A stretch of 55,181 nucleotides of DNA from a virus (Duplodnaviria > Caudoviricetes), in IMG/VR virus record IMGVR_UViG_3300045107_000845, positions 1-55,181 of that record. One strand, 5' to 3'. The position numbers and the translations under genes are program-made. Every line of letters begins with the position of its first letter. The first letter of the stretch is position 1. Below the pieces are notes generated by a model. The model made no database searches. It was not told the DNA's origin and worked only from the letters and a program-made list of their open reading frames with translations. Below are positions 43,935 through 53,075 of the stretch, piece by piece.

Positions 43935-45263
43935 TCACGCCGACTTCAGCCGCGCCAGCTCGATCTCTCGAAAGGTGCGGCCGTCGCCCGCCAGCGTGGC
44001 GCGTTGACCGGTCAGCTTTTCCCACCGGCGCACGATCAGATCGACATAGTGAGGTGACAGCTCCATCGCGAGGCAGATGCGCCCCGTGGTCTCCGCCGCG
44101 ATCAGGGTCGTGCCGGAGCCGCAGAAGGGCTCGTAAACGTAATCGCCCGGGCTGCTGTTGTTCAGGATCGGCCGGCGCATGACCTCGACAGGCTTCTGCG
44201 TCCCGTGCCCCCAGGTCTCTTCCTTCTCGGCGTTGCCAAAGGAATTGTTGTTCTTGATGGTCCAGAGCGTGCTCTGGTTTCGGTTGTTCGGATCCCAGTG
44301 GCTTTTGCCGCCTTCGCGGACGCCGTACCAGCACGGCTCGTGCTGCCAGTGGTAGTCGCCGCGGCTCAGGGCAAAATGTTGTTTTGCCCATATAATCTGC
44401 GACCTTATGACAAATTTACAGGCTGTCAGGCTGTCAGCGACAGCGACAGCGTGTTTAGCACCATGCCAGACATATGCAACATCTCCTGGAAAGAGCGCCC
44501 ACGCTTCGCGCCAATCGAACCGATCGTCGTTGAGCACCTTCCCTTTGCTGCGCTTGCCGACTCCGAGGTCCCTGCCCTCGCGCCAGCTCGGATCGTATTC
44601 GACGCCGTAAGGCGGATCGGTCACCATGAGGTGAGGCTTGTGGCTGCCGAGGAGCCGGGCGACATGCTCGGCGTTCGTGCTGTCGCCGCAATGCAGCCGG
44701 TGATTTCCGAGCAGCCATAGATCGCCGATCTCGCTGATCGCTACCTCTTCCGGCGCGGCGACATCGTCTTCGCCGGCCGCAGCGAAATCCTCGTCCTCGC
44801 CGGATCCGCCGCCGATACCGAAATTGTCGAGGCTGGGGTCGAAGTCGGTATCGAGCCGCGCCATCATGTCGTCGATCTCGGATTGATCGAAGCCGGAGAG
44901 GCTGAGGTCCAGATCGGTGCCCTGCAGGCTGCCGAGGATTTGCGCGAGCTTGTCCTCGTCCCATCCGGCGTTCTCGGCGACGCGGTTATGGGCGATCGCG
45001 TACAGCTTCTTTTGCTCGGGCGTGAGATGCGCCAGCTGGAAGCACGGCACTTCACTCATGCCGATCAGCTTCGCAGCCAGCAGCCGGCCGTGGCCCTCGA
45101 TAATGACGTTTTCGCCGTCGACCGCGATCGGATCGTTGAAGCCGAACGCTTCGATGCTGTCGGCGATCTGGCGGATCTGGGTGTCGTCGTGCGTCCGCGC
45201 ATTGAGCGCGTAGGCAACGAGACTATCGACCGGGCGCTGCTCGATCTTGAGCTTTATCTTCAC
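43935..45263 (-). CDS. ParB-N fused amino-DNA methyltransferase
   Basis: NARTH...FGFNDP...EGHGR (ParB-N); TDPPY, HGTQKP, EPFCGSGTT. Confidence 0.93.
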   Translation of the reverse strand: MKIKLKIEQRPVDSLVAYALNARTHDDTQIRQIADSIEAFGFNDPIAVDGENVIIEGHGRLLAAKLIGMSEVPCFQLAHLTPEQKKLYAIAHNRVAENAGWDEDKLAQILGSLQGTDLDLSLSGFDQSEIDDMMARLDTDFDPSLDNFGIGGGSGEDEDFAAAGEDDVAAPEEVAISEIGDLWLLGNHRLHCGDSTNAEHVARLLGSHKPHLMVTDPPYGVEYDPSWREGRDLGVGKRSKGKVLNDDRFDWREAWALFPGDVAYVWHGAKHAVAVADSLTACKFVIRSQIIWAKQHFALSRGDYHWQHEPCWYGVREGGKSHWDPNNRNQSTLWTIKNNNSFGNAEKEETWGHGTQKPVEVMRRPILNNSSPGDYVYEPFCGSGTTLIAAETTGRICLAMELSPHYVDLIVRRWEKLTGQRATLAGDGRTFREIELARLKSA

Positions 45264-45293
45264 GAGAAAAACTCCAAGGGGTGCCGCCGTTCT

Positions 45294-45515
45294 TTAAGCC
45301 AGCGGGCCTTCGTTCATGCCGCGGAGGAAAGCGATGAAGCGATCAACGTCTTTGGTGGAGAGCTTCTTGCCCCCGTCTTTGCCGAGTTTCGTTAAGAACT
45401 GCGTCATGTCGGTCGCATCGATCAGTCGCCGCCCATCCGAAAGAAGATGCGCGCGCAAGGTGACGCCCGCGATGACTGTTTCTGCGCTGCGCACGATCGT
45501 CGGTTTCGCTTTCAT
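45294..45515 (-). CDS. Hypothetical protein
   Basis: GAGG RBS, ATG 45515; HLLSDGRRLI. Confidence 0.6.
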   Translation of the reverse strand: MKAKPTIVRSAETVIAGVTLRAHLLSDGRRLIDATDMTQFLTKLGKDGGKKLSTKDVDRFIAFLRGMNEGPLA

Positions 45516-45641
45516 GCCCTGTTCCTCAATAGTTACGGACCAAGCGGAGACGTTTGCCGCGTCCCCTAACTGCAGTGTCGCCGCCGCCCGCAAGCGGAGA
45601 TAGTGGCTTTGCACGCGCGTCGGTTATTGTCGTTAAGTGCA

Positions 45642-46070
45642 TTAACCATAGCCCGCGGCTGGAATCGGTAAGAGGCGCAGCGTCGCTTTCAGGGGCACGC
45701 CAAAGCCGCGCACGATTTCTTCCCATTGCTCCGCTGAGCGGGCTACACCACATGGGCAACCGGCGCGTGCGAGGTCTGCGATGCAGTCCTTCTGCGCCTG
45801 GCTGAGCACTCCGTCTTTCGTTTTCAGTTCGACGAAGAAGGCGCGGCCGCGCCACATCAGCTGCGTATCCGGCCAGCCGGCGCGAAGGCCCATCGCCTTC
45901 AGAATCGCGCCGCGCACTTTCCCGCCGCCGCCGGCGGGAAAGGTGGTAAACGCCACCTCCCCGCCCTTCGGGCAGGCCAGCGCAGCAAAGTCTGCAACGG
46001 CGCGGTGGAGGTCCTCCTCGCGCCCTTCCCAGTCCCGGCTGCGATCGCGGCGGGCCAGGCGCAAGGTCAC
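45642..46070 (-). CDS. VRR-NUC nuclease
   Basis: GLRAGWPD...FVELKTKDG.LS..Q. Confidence 0.88.
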   Translation of the reverse strand: MTLRLARRDRSRDWEGREEDLHRAVADFAALACPKGGEVAFTTFPAGGGGKVRGAILKAMGLRAGWPDTQLMWRGRAFFVELKTKDGVLSQAQKDCIADLARAGCPCGVARSAEQWEEIVRGFGVPLKATLRLLPIPAAGYG

Positions 46071-46630
46071 TTACCCTTTTTGGGTTTCGAGCCTTTCGGA
46101 CCGCGCGGCCCCTCGCTGCCGAAGCGGCCTTTGTCCATGACAGGGCCGTCGTCCTCGCCGTCGTCCTCGTCGAACATCTCGCTCTGATCGGGCGAGATCG
46201 AAGGCGGCTTATCTCGGCCGGAGAAGGCAGCGGCACCGCTGACGACAAGCAGAACGGCGTCGCCGACCGCGTCATGAAGGTCGTGGCGCAGCGGATCGCT
46301 CTGCGCGAACTTCACGGTCGCCTTGATGCCGTCCTTGGCGGTGATCGAGACCAAGGTGCCGACCATGACGCGTCGACCGTCGGCGGCCATGATGTGCACG
46401 GCTTTGTTGATGGCCGCCTTTACGAGCGACTCGATCTCAAAAACCTTCGCCTCTTGCTCGACGGCCGGGCGCGCACCCCAGGGCAGCGGATTCTTCTCGT
46501 TCTTGAGCGTTTCCCACAGGAAGTCCGTGATGTCGCCGAAGAGGGTTTCCCGCGCGAGATCGATCGCGCTTTCGGTGATGTTTTGGTTCGGCACGGGATG
46601 GCCGGTGGATTCGCTTGCTTCTTCCTTCAT
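46067..46630 (-). CDS. Conserved phage hypothetical protein
   Basis: GGAGG RBS, ATGA overlaps, acidic tail. Confidence 0.75.
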   Translation of the reverse strand: MKEEASESTGHPVPNQNITESAIDLARETLFGDITDFLWETLKNEKNPLPWGARPAVEQEAKVFEIESLVKAAINKAVHIMAADGRRVMVGTLVSITAKDGIKATVKFAQSDPLRHDLHDAVGDAVLLVVSGAAAFSGRDKPPSISPDQSEMFDEDDGEDDGPVMDKGRFGSEGPRGPKGSKPKKGK

Positions 46631-46986
46631 GAACGCCTCCGCGGAGCGACTGTGGGTTTAGGATCGAGGATCGTGCCGCCGTACCCGGTCGCATATCCCG
46701 GCGGGCATCGCTTGATGCCGACTGCAGACGCGAAGGCGGCTACCGCTTCGGCATTCGCCATCGGCGTGCGTGAGGGTGGCCCGCCGTTTGCGGCGCTGCT
46801 GGTTCGGGCGGCCAGAATCTTGGCGCGGTAGTTTGCCAGGCGCGCTCGCGTGCCGAGCTTGTCCAGGTGGACCATGCATTCGCGCTGGGTTCGCTTGAGC
46901 GCGGGCGCGATGACGCTGAAGGACTCGTTCTTTCGGCGGCGAGCCAGAAGCTCCTGCTCTTCCTCAGGCGTCCAGGGCTTCGCCAT
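46627..46986 (-). CDS. GcrA/Myb-like HTH protein
   Basis: WTPEEEQEL...SFSVIA..L.RT...LG; GGAGGAG RBS. Confidence 0.65.
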   Translation of the reverse strand: MAKPWTPEEEQELLARRRKNESFSVIAPALKRTQRECMVHLDKLGTRARLANYRAKILAARTSSAANGGPPSRTPMANAEAVAAFASAVGIKRCPPGYATGYGGTILDPKPTVAPRRRS

Positions 46987-47230
46987 CGGCTCCTCCGCTT
47001 GCCGGTTTGTCCCAGGTAAGGCGCAGCGTGTCGGGGTCGACGGACCCGCCCTTGCGGCCGATATGTGCAAGCACGGCCTGAAACCGATCAGAGGGCATGT
47101 GCCCGACTTTCGCGTAGTAGTGCGCGAGCTGGCGGCTCGTGCCGATGATCTTGGCCACTTCCGCGATGCTGCCGACGGCGTTGAACAGCTTTCGCAGAGG
47201 GGTGGGCTGTGGCGGTAATCCCCGCGCCAT
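46964..47230 (-). CDS. Cro-like regulator
   Basis: GSIAEVAKIIGTSRQLAHYY HTH; divergent from repressor. Confidence 0.75.
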   Translation of the reverse strand: MARGLPPQPTPLRKLFNAVGSIAEVAKIIGTSRQLAHYYAKVGHMPSDRFQAVLAHIGRKGGSVDPDTLRLTWDKPASGGADGEALDA

Positions 47231-47245
47231 GATTCGGTCCGAATG

Positions 47246-47381
47246 GTAAAGCGATGTTAGACGCTCTTAGCCAGTTCGTCAGATTTCGTAAAGCGGCGCT
47301 TTACTGTCGCACCGCGGAACCTTCGATATCGGCGGTCGTCTGTTGACCGTGGGAAAACAAAGCGTTAAAGCCATGCTTTAC
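47246..47381. promoter_or_regulatory. Lysis/lysogeny switch with three 17-bp operators
   Basis: GTAAAGCGATGTTAGAC 47246, perfect palindrome GTAAAGCGGCGCTTTAC 47288, TTAAAGCCATGCTTTAC 47365; TTGACC at 47343. Confidence 0.8.
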
Positions 47382-47417
47382 GGGCAGGGCGTATCGCAGT
47401 AGGAAACGGGAAACCGA

Positions 47418-48005
47418 ATGCTGATCGCCGTGGAGCAAACGCTCGTGCCTAGAACGCCGCCGAAAGCCCCGAAGTCGCCAAAGGGGGCCAAGGGGAAGAA
47501 GCCGCCGAAAGCTGCCGCAGAGGTCGCGCCCAAGCCGCCGGTGCCCTACGTGCCGCGGGTCGGCGTGCGGATCGTTACGGCGGACGGAGATATCGTGCCG
47601 CCGCCGGCGCGCCCCGAGAAAGGCTCGGTCCGCGACGTGATTTTCTACCTGCGCGCGAAGTATGGGCTCAGCCAGGCCGCCCTGGCCCGCTTGACCGGCG
47701 GCCGGCGAAGCAAACAGAGCATCAACTATTACGAATCCGACCTGAAGCGGCAGTTTCTGTTGCCGCCGGTGATCAAGGATCTGACCGATGCGTTCCGAAA
47801 AGCCGGCGCGACCGAGGAAGACCTCGATCTCCTGAATCCATACGGCCGCGATGACGCCGAGCGGCAAGGCGCGTCGCACGCGAAGATCGAGCAGCTCGAA
47901 GAGCTCGCGGCGAAGCAGGACAAGATATCGGCCGACCTGGAGTCGATGAAGGTCGCGCTGCACGCGATTCTCCGCCGCCTTCAGCAGATGTCGAAGCCCG
48001 AATAG
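47418..48005 (+). CDS. CI-like XRE repressor without peptidase domain
   Basis: LRAKYGLSQAALARL...QSINYYES HTH; divergent from Cro-like gene. Confidence 0.75.
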   Translation: MLIAVEQTLVPRTPPKAPKSPKGAKGKKPPKAAAEVAPKPPVPYVPRVGVRIVTADGDIVPPPARPEKGSVRDVIFYLRAKYGLSQAALARLTGGRRSKQSINYYESDLKRQFLLPPVIKDLTDAFRKAGATEEDLDLLNPYGRDDAERQGASHAKIEQLEELAAKQDKISADLESMKVALHAILRRLQQMSKPE

Positions 48006-48145
48006 CCCCCTCCCCCATTTAGGTATCCGCGACGAATTCGCAGCCCTGCGTCAAGCAGGGCTTGCGGATCGCATTCCGTTCGACTACAGAGTTTGTCGAA
48101 TTTGGTCGTTTTTTGTCATACCGACCAGTTCGAAGGAGGAGTCGG

Positions 48146-48346
48146 ATGGGAAACGTGGAGCCTGTCCCGCCGCAGGTGCGGTTGAGTTTTCAACGCCTGC
48201 CTGAGCGCCGCTGCGGCGTTCAGATTCGAAACGAACAAACCCGGGAAATCCTGACCGTCGTCAGCCTGCGCGAAGCGCGGGATTGGCTGACGATGCTTGG
48301 CTTCCGCTACATCGCCGGGACCAACGGCGTGTGGGCACGCGCGTGA
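48146..48346 (+). CDS. Hypothetical protein
   Basis: AGGAGG RBS, ATG 48146. Confidence 0.65.
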   Translation: MGNVEPVPPQVRLSFQRLPERRCGVQIRNEQTREILTVVSLREARDWLTMLGFRYIAGTNGVWARA

Positions 48347-48672
48347 GCGACGCCCAAGGGTTTCTGCCCTTACGGCCGCCGGCAGCGCACATGCTGTCGA
48401 GGGGCTCGGGCCGCGCCACCAGCCGCGCGGCTGCGGAAAGCATCGTCGGCCACATCACCGATCTGCAGCAGCGCGTTCTCGACGCGCTGCGTGCTGCAGG
48501 CCCCACGGGCCTTACCGACGAAGAGTTGACCGAAACGCTCGCTCTCCGCCCAGGCAGCAGCACGGCGCGGACGCGGCGTGCCGAGCTGACCGAGGCCGGT
48601 CTCGTCAAAGACAGCGGAATCACACGCGAGCTGCAGTCGAAGCGGCTCGGAACCGTATGGGTGCTCGCATGA
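48343..48672 (+). CDS. Winged-helix protein
   Basis: TS..AA...GLTDEEL...RRAEL...GLV.DSG...VW pattern. Confidence 0.75.
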   Translation: MSDAQGFLPLRPPAAHMLSRGSGRATSRAAAESIVGHITDLQQRVLDALRAAGPTGLTDEELTETLALRPGSSTARTRRAELTEAGLVKDSGITRELQSKRLGTVWVLA

Positions 48673-48917
48673 GGAATTCGTACCGCTACGCAGGCTGGGC
48701 CATCGAGATCAAGCACGAGGGCCGCTGGGTCCCTTTCCGCATTCCCGATCGCGATCGGGCGTGGAGTTACAATGCCCGGGGCTACGACCTGTCGTTCTAC
48801 CCGTCGCGGCGACAGGCGCGCGCCAAAGCGAAGGACCTTCGGCACTTCGCGCTCGGCATGGAAGTCCGCGTGCGCCGCGCCAGCGCCACCGTCGTGATCG
48901 CCGGGGACGCGCAATGA
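48669..48917 (+). CDS. Hypothetical protein
   Basis: ATGA overlaps on both sides. Confidence 0.6.
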   Translation: MRNSYRYAGWAIEIKHEGRWVPFRIPDRDRAWSYNARGYDLSFYPSRRQARAKAKDLRHFALGMEVRVRRASATVVIAGDAQ

Positions 48918-49159
48918 AGGCGGCCGAAGTGGGCGAGGCGTTTGCCTTGATCAGCGAGTTGAAGCAAGTGCGCCTCCTGATCGAAAACGTCCTGCGCTCA
49001 ATTGTGCCGGGCGACGATCCGCTTTGGTCTCTCGAAGTCGGACAGCTTGCCGTCAACCCAATACCGCAACCGATCAGGACCATTCTCTCCGATACGGAGA
49101 GTCGCCTTGTAGCGCGATTGATCGCACTCGGCGTGACCGAGCTAGAGGTGCTGCCTTGA
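48914..49159 (+). CDS. Hypothetical protein
   Basis: ATGA overlap; helical. Confidence 0.6.
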   Translation: MKAAEVGEAFALISELKQVRLLIENVLRSIVPGDDPLWSLEVGQLAVNPIPQPIRTILSDTESRLVARLIALGVTELEVLP

Positions 49160-49356
49160 TACGTGACCTCACCATCGGCACGCGCGCCGAGAGCGACGGT
49201 TCGAAGCGCTACGCCATCACGCGAATCGAGTGGGATGAGGATGGCCGCTTGCCGGAGCGCACCGCCGCGGCCGTGCGGCAGCAGAAGCGACTCCGCGCGA
49301 TGCGCGTGGAGGAATATGCGGCGCGGATCGCCCGTCAGGCGACGGGGGCGTTGTGA
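49156..49356 (+). CDS. Hypothetical protein
   Basis: TTGA and GTGA overlaps, GAGG RBS. Confidence 0.5.
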   Translation: MIRDLTIGTRAESDGSKRYAITRIEWDEDGRLPERTAAAVRQQKRLRAMRVEEYAARIARQATGAL

Positions 49357-50432
49357 AAATCGCAACGAGCGTTCGTATTTTGGTGGGCGACGTGCGGGCG
49401 AAGCTGGGTGAGCTTCCCGACGAGTCGGTGGATTGTGTTGTGACTTCCCCACCTTACTGGTCACTTCGCGACTATGGCGTCGAAGGCCAGATTGGCATGG
49501 AGGACACATATCTTGATCACATCCGAGTCCTGGTGGACGTGTTCCGTGCGGTGCGCCGCGTCCTGAAAAGACAGGGAACGGTGTGGCTCAACTATGGCGA
49601 CTGCTACGCAGGATCATGGGGTGCCCAGTCTCGCTGCTCTGAGACGCCCGGAAGCCTTGAAGGTTCTTCGATGCTGTCCGCGCGGCAGATTAAGGCTGCG
49701 CCCAAGGGGGGGGGGTCAAACACGGGATCCTCAAAGCGGACGCCCGGCCTTAAGTCGAAAGACCTCATCATGCTGCCTAGCCGATTGGCCATCGCGCTGC
49801 AGGAAGACGGCTGGTGGTTGCGCAGTGAGATTGTCTGGCACAAGCCCAACCCGATGCCGGAAAGCGTCACGGACAGGCCATCGTGTGCGCACGAGAAGAT
49901 TTTCCTTCTCAGCAAAGAGGAAAAGTATTTCTACGACGCCGATGCGGTGCGCCGCCCGATGACTGGATCGAGTCTCGCGCGCCTCAGCCAAAACCTTGAT
50001 CTGCAGCGCGGATCCTTTCGGCAACCTGGCAAGACCAATGGCCCGATGAAAGCGGTCGGGCGCTCGGATAAGCAGCGCGGGCACTCACGTCGACATGCCG
50101 GCTTCAACGAGCGCTGGGATGCTATGGAACGCGAGCAGCAGATGGCTTCGGCGAATCTGCGCAACGTATGGACGGTCGCTACCGCGGCTTTCCGCGAGTC
50201 GCACTTCGCGACTTTCCCGCCCGAGTTGGTCGAGCCTTGCATCAAGGCTGGATGTCCGGAAGGCGGCGTAGTTCTCGATCCTTTTGGCGGCGCGGGCACC
50301 GTAGGTCTAGTCGCCGGCCGTCTTCGGCGCGACGCGATCTTGATCGAATTGAACCCGGAGTACGCGGCGATCGCGCGGCAGCGCATCGACGGCGACGCTC
50401 CGATGTTCACGCAAGTCGAGGCCGCCGAATGA
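49353..50432 (+). CDS. Beta-class N4C/N6A DNA methyltransferase
   Basis: VTSPPYW, WHKPNPMPES, HFATFP, LDPFGGAGT. Confidence 0.95.
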   Translation: MKIATSVRILVGDVRAKLGELPDESVDCVVTSPPYWSLRDYGVEGQIGMEDTYLDHIRVLVDVFRAVRRVLKRQGTVWLNYGDCYAGSWGAQSRCSETPGSLEGSSMLSARQIKAAPKGGGSNTGSSKRTPGLKSKDLIMLPSRLAIALQEDGWWLRSEIVWHKPNPMPESVTDRPSCAHEKIFLLSKEEKYFYDADAVRRPMTGSSLARLSQNLDLQRGSFRQPGKTNGPMKAVGRSDKQRGHSRRHAGFNERWDAMEREQQMASANLRNVWTVATAAFRESHFATFPPELVEPCIKAGCPEGGVVLDPFGGAGTVGLVAGRLRRDAILIELNPEYAAIARQRIDGDAPMFTQVEAAE

Positions 50433-51019
50433 CGCTCTCATTCGAGCAATTCTCCGGCATCCACAACGGCACGTTTCGCGCGATCAGCGCTGATCCGCCG
50501 TGGAAGTTTTCGGCGGGCACGAAAGGCCGCCCGCAGCACTACCCGCGCATGACGCTAGGCGAGCTAGAAGCGATGCGCGTTCGCGACCTGATGCATCCCG
50601 ACGGCGCTTGGCTTTTCCTCTGGTCGATTCCCCCGATGCTGCCGCATGCGCTGCACCTCATGAAGGCATGGGGCTTCCGTTACACGAGTGTCGCTTTCAC
50701 GTGGGCGAAGACGAATCCCACCGAGCAAGGCAAGCTCTTTTTCGATCCGACATCGTTCGCGCTCGGCACCGGCTATACGACGCGAAAACAGTGCGAGTAC
50801 TGCCTGCTCGGCCGGCGCGGAAAGCCGCAGCGGAAGTCGAAGGCCGTTCGCGAGCTGATGATCGCGGCTCGGCGCGAGCATAGCCGCAAGCCTGACCAGA
50901 TATACGAGCGCATCGAAGAGTTCAGCGCCGGCCCCTACTGCGAATTGTTCGGCCGCAACACGCGGCGCACGTGGACCGTTTGGGGGAACGAGATCGAGAA
51001 GTTTGGAGAGGTAGCGTGA
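50429..51019 (+). CDS. MT-A70 family adenine methyltransferase
   Basis: ADPPW, LFLW, WGFRY, W.K, REHSRKP, ELFGR, WGNE. Confidence 0.93.
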   Translation: MTLSFEQFSGIHNGTFRAISADPPWKFSAGTKGRPQHYPRMTLGELEAMRVRDLMHPDGAWLFLWSIPPMLPHALHLMKAWGFRYTSVAFTWAKTNPTEQGKLFFDPTSFALGTGYTTRKQCEYCLLGRRGKPQRKSKAVRELMIAARREHSRKPDQIYERIEEFSAGPYCELFGRNTRRTWTVWGNEIEKFGEVA

Positions 51020-51543
51020 GCGACACCCGGGAAGACAATCCGTTCAGTTTATCGGTCGATGATGCCGACATGCTCTCCGTCGTCGTCGTCCTATCGCCGA
51101 TGTTCCGGGTCCAGGTCCTCGATCACATGCGCCGACAGATGGGAGACGCTGCTTTCGGGCGGCTTTTCGCTGAGTTCATCGGCCTCGCCAACCGTGTTGT
51201 TGAAAACAACCGCGTGATGCTAACGGAGATCTGCGAAGAGCGTGGCATCACGCACCCCGACTCTTCGGTGAAGCCGAACCTGCCTTCCATTTTCGGCGCG
51301 CTGCACGGCGTCGTGATCGCGGACGGCATCGACGAAACGAAGCTTTGCGGCGGCTGCGCGTTCCGCATCGGCACGCCGGCGAACCAATGTCACTCGACGA
51401 TCGAGGACGCGCTTTACTGCGGCGAGCCCGGCGAGCGCCCGTTCATGTGCCATGAGCATCTGGACGAAAGAGGCGAGCCCACGCGCGCATGCGCGGGCTG
51501 GGCTCAGTTCCGGGCGAAATCCAACGAGGAGGCGGGGCTTTGA
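51016..51543 (+). CDS. Cys-rich hypothetical protein
   Basis: CGGCAFR...FMCH...CAGW metal-binding pattern. Confidence 0.7.
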   Translation: MSDTREDNPFSLSVDDADMLSVVVVLSPMFRVQVLDHMRRQMGDAAFGRLFAEFIGLANRVVENNRVMLTEICEERGITHPDSSVKPNLPSIFGALHGVVIADGIDETKLCGGCAFRIGTPANQCHSTIEDALYCGEPGERPFMCHEHLDERGEPTRACAGWAQFRAKSNEEAGL

Positions 51544-53075
51544 GCGGGCTCGTCATCGACAATTTCGCCGGCGGCGGCGGGGCTTCGCTCGGGATGTCGT
51601 GGGCGCTCGGGCGCTCGCCCGACGTTGCGATTAATCACGACGAAGAAGCGGTTGCGCTGCACGCGGCTAACCATCCGGAAACGCTGCACCTCTGCCAGTC
51701 CGTCTGGCGTGCGGATCCGCAGGATGTTACCGCCGGTCGCCCCGTCGCGCTCGCTTGGTTCAGCCCCGACTGCAAGCATTTCAGCAAGGCGAAGGGCGGC
51801 AAGCCGGTCGAGAAGCACATCCGCGATCTTGCCTGGGTGGTGGTCCACTGGGCGCGGCGCGTGAAGCCCGCCGTCATCATGCTCGAAAACGTCGAGGAGT
51901 TTCGAGATTGGGGGCCGCTGATCTCGACGGAAGACGGCAAGCTCGTGCCCTGCCCGGCGCGCAAGGGGCTGACCTTCCGGCGCTGGGTGCACGAGCTGAA
52001 GCGCGAAGGCTACGCGGTCGAATGGCGCGCGTTGCGAGGCTGCGATTACGGCGCGCCGACCATCCGCAAGCGCCTGTTCCTGATTGCCCGGTGCGATGGT
52101 CTTCCGATCGTCTGGCCGGTGCCGACGCACGGGCCGGGCCGCGCGAAGCCCTGGCTCTCCGCGGCGGAGATAATCGACTGGTCGCTGCCGTGCCCTTCGA
52201 TCTTCCTGACGCGCGAAGAGGGGCGCGCGATCGGCGTGCACCGGCCGCTCGTCGAGGCGACGATGCGGCGCATCGCGCTCGGCGTGAAGCGCTACGTGCT
52301 CGACAGTCCGCGCCCGTTCATCGTGCCGATCACGCACCATGGCAGCGACCGCGCGCACGCCATCGAGGAGCCGGTGCGCACCGTGACGACGGCGAACCGC
52401 GGCGAGCTGGCGCTCGTCTCGCCCAGCCTCGTGCAGTGCGGATACGGCGAACGCACAGGCCAGGCACCTCGTGCGGTCGACATCGGCGCACCGCTCGGTA
52501 CGGTCGTCGCCGGCGGCCGCAAGCATGCGCTCGTGGCGGCGTTTCTTGCCCAGCATAACACGGGCGTGATCGCGCGCAGCGCCGTCGATCCGGTTTCGAC
52601 CATCACCGCCCGCGGCACCAACCAGGCGTTGGTTTCGGCCGGGCTTATTCAGATGAAGGGCAGCAATCGCCGCGACCGCGCGATCGATTTGCCGATATCG
52701 GCGGTAACGGCGCAGGGCTGCCACCTGGGCGAAGTGCGCGCTTTCCTCGTCAAATATTTTGGCACCGATCAGGATCCGCGCCTTCATGAGCCGCTGCACA
52801 CGGTAACGACGAAGCACCGCTTCGGGCTGGTGATGATCGAGGGCGAGCCCTACGCGATCGCCGACATCGGCATGCGGATGCTGAGCCCGCGCGAGCTGTA
52901 CCGTGCGCAGGGCTTTCCCGACAGCTACCGCATCGACATAACGATGCCGAACGCTCGACCGCTGACGAAGACGGCGCAAATCAGGATGTGCGGCAACAGC
53001 GTGAACCCGCAGATCGCGGAAGCGCTCGTGCGCGCGAACCTGCCGGCGCTGTGCACTGATCGAGAGGCAGCATGA
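51540..53075 (+). CDS. C5-cytosine DNA methyltransferase
   Basis: DNFAGGGG, SPDCKHFS, ENV, RKRLF, AQGFP, GNSV. Confidence 0.95.
   Translation: MSGLVIDNFAGGGGASLGMSWALGRSPDVAINHDEEAVALHAANHPETLHLCQSVWRADPQDVTAGRPVALAWFSPDCKHFSKAKGGKPVEKHIRDLAWVVVHWARRVKPAVIMLENVEEFRDWGPLISTEDGKLVPCPARKGLTFRRWVHELKREGYAVEWRALRGCDYGAPTIRKRLFLIARCDGLPIVWPVPTHGPGRAKPWLSAAEIIDWSLPCPSIFLTREEGRAIGVHRPLVEATMRRIALGVKRYVLDSPRPFIVPITHHGSDRAHAIEEPVRTVTTANRGELALVSPSLVQCGYGERTGQAPRAVDIGAPLGTVVAGGRKHALVAAFLAQHNTGVIARSAVDPVSTITARGTNQALVSAGLIQMKGSNRRDRAIDLPISAVTAQGCHLGEVRAFLVKYFGTDQDPRLHEPLHTVTTKHRFGLVMIEGEPYAIADIGMRMLSPRELYRAQGFPDSYRIDITMPNARPLTKTAQIRMCGNSVNPQIAEALVRANLPALCTDREAA

Noticed and set aside
44391-44396. Perfect TATAAT inside the low-GC patch as an antisense promoter
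   Set aside because: No credible -35 hexamer at the proper spacing
45632-45649. CtrA-like site GTTAAGTGCATTAACCAT
   Set aside because: TTAA half-sites are 5 nt apart rather than 7 and one coincides with a stop codon; too weak alone
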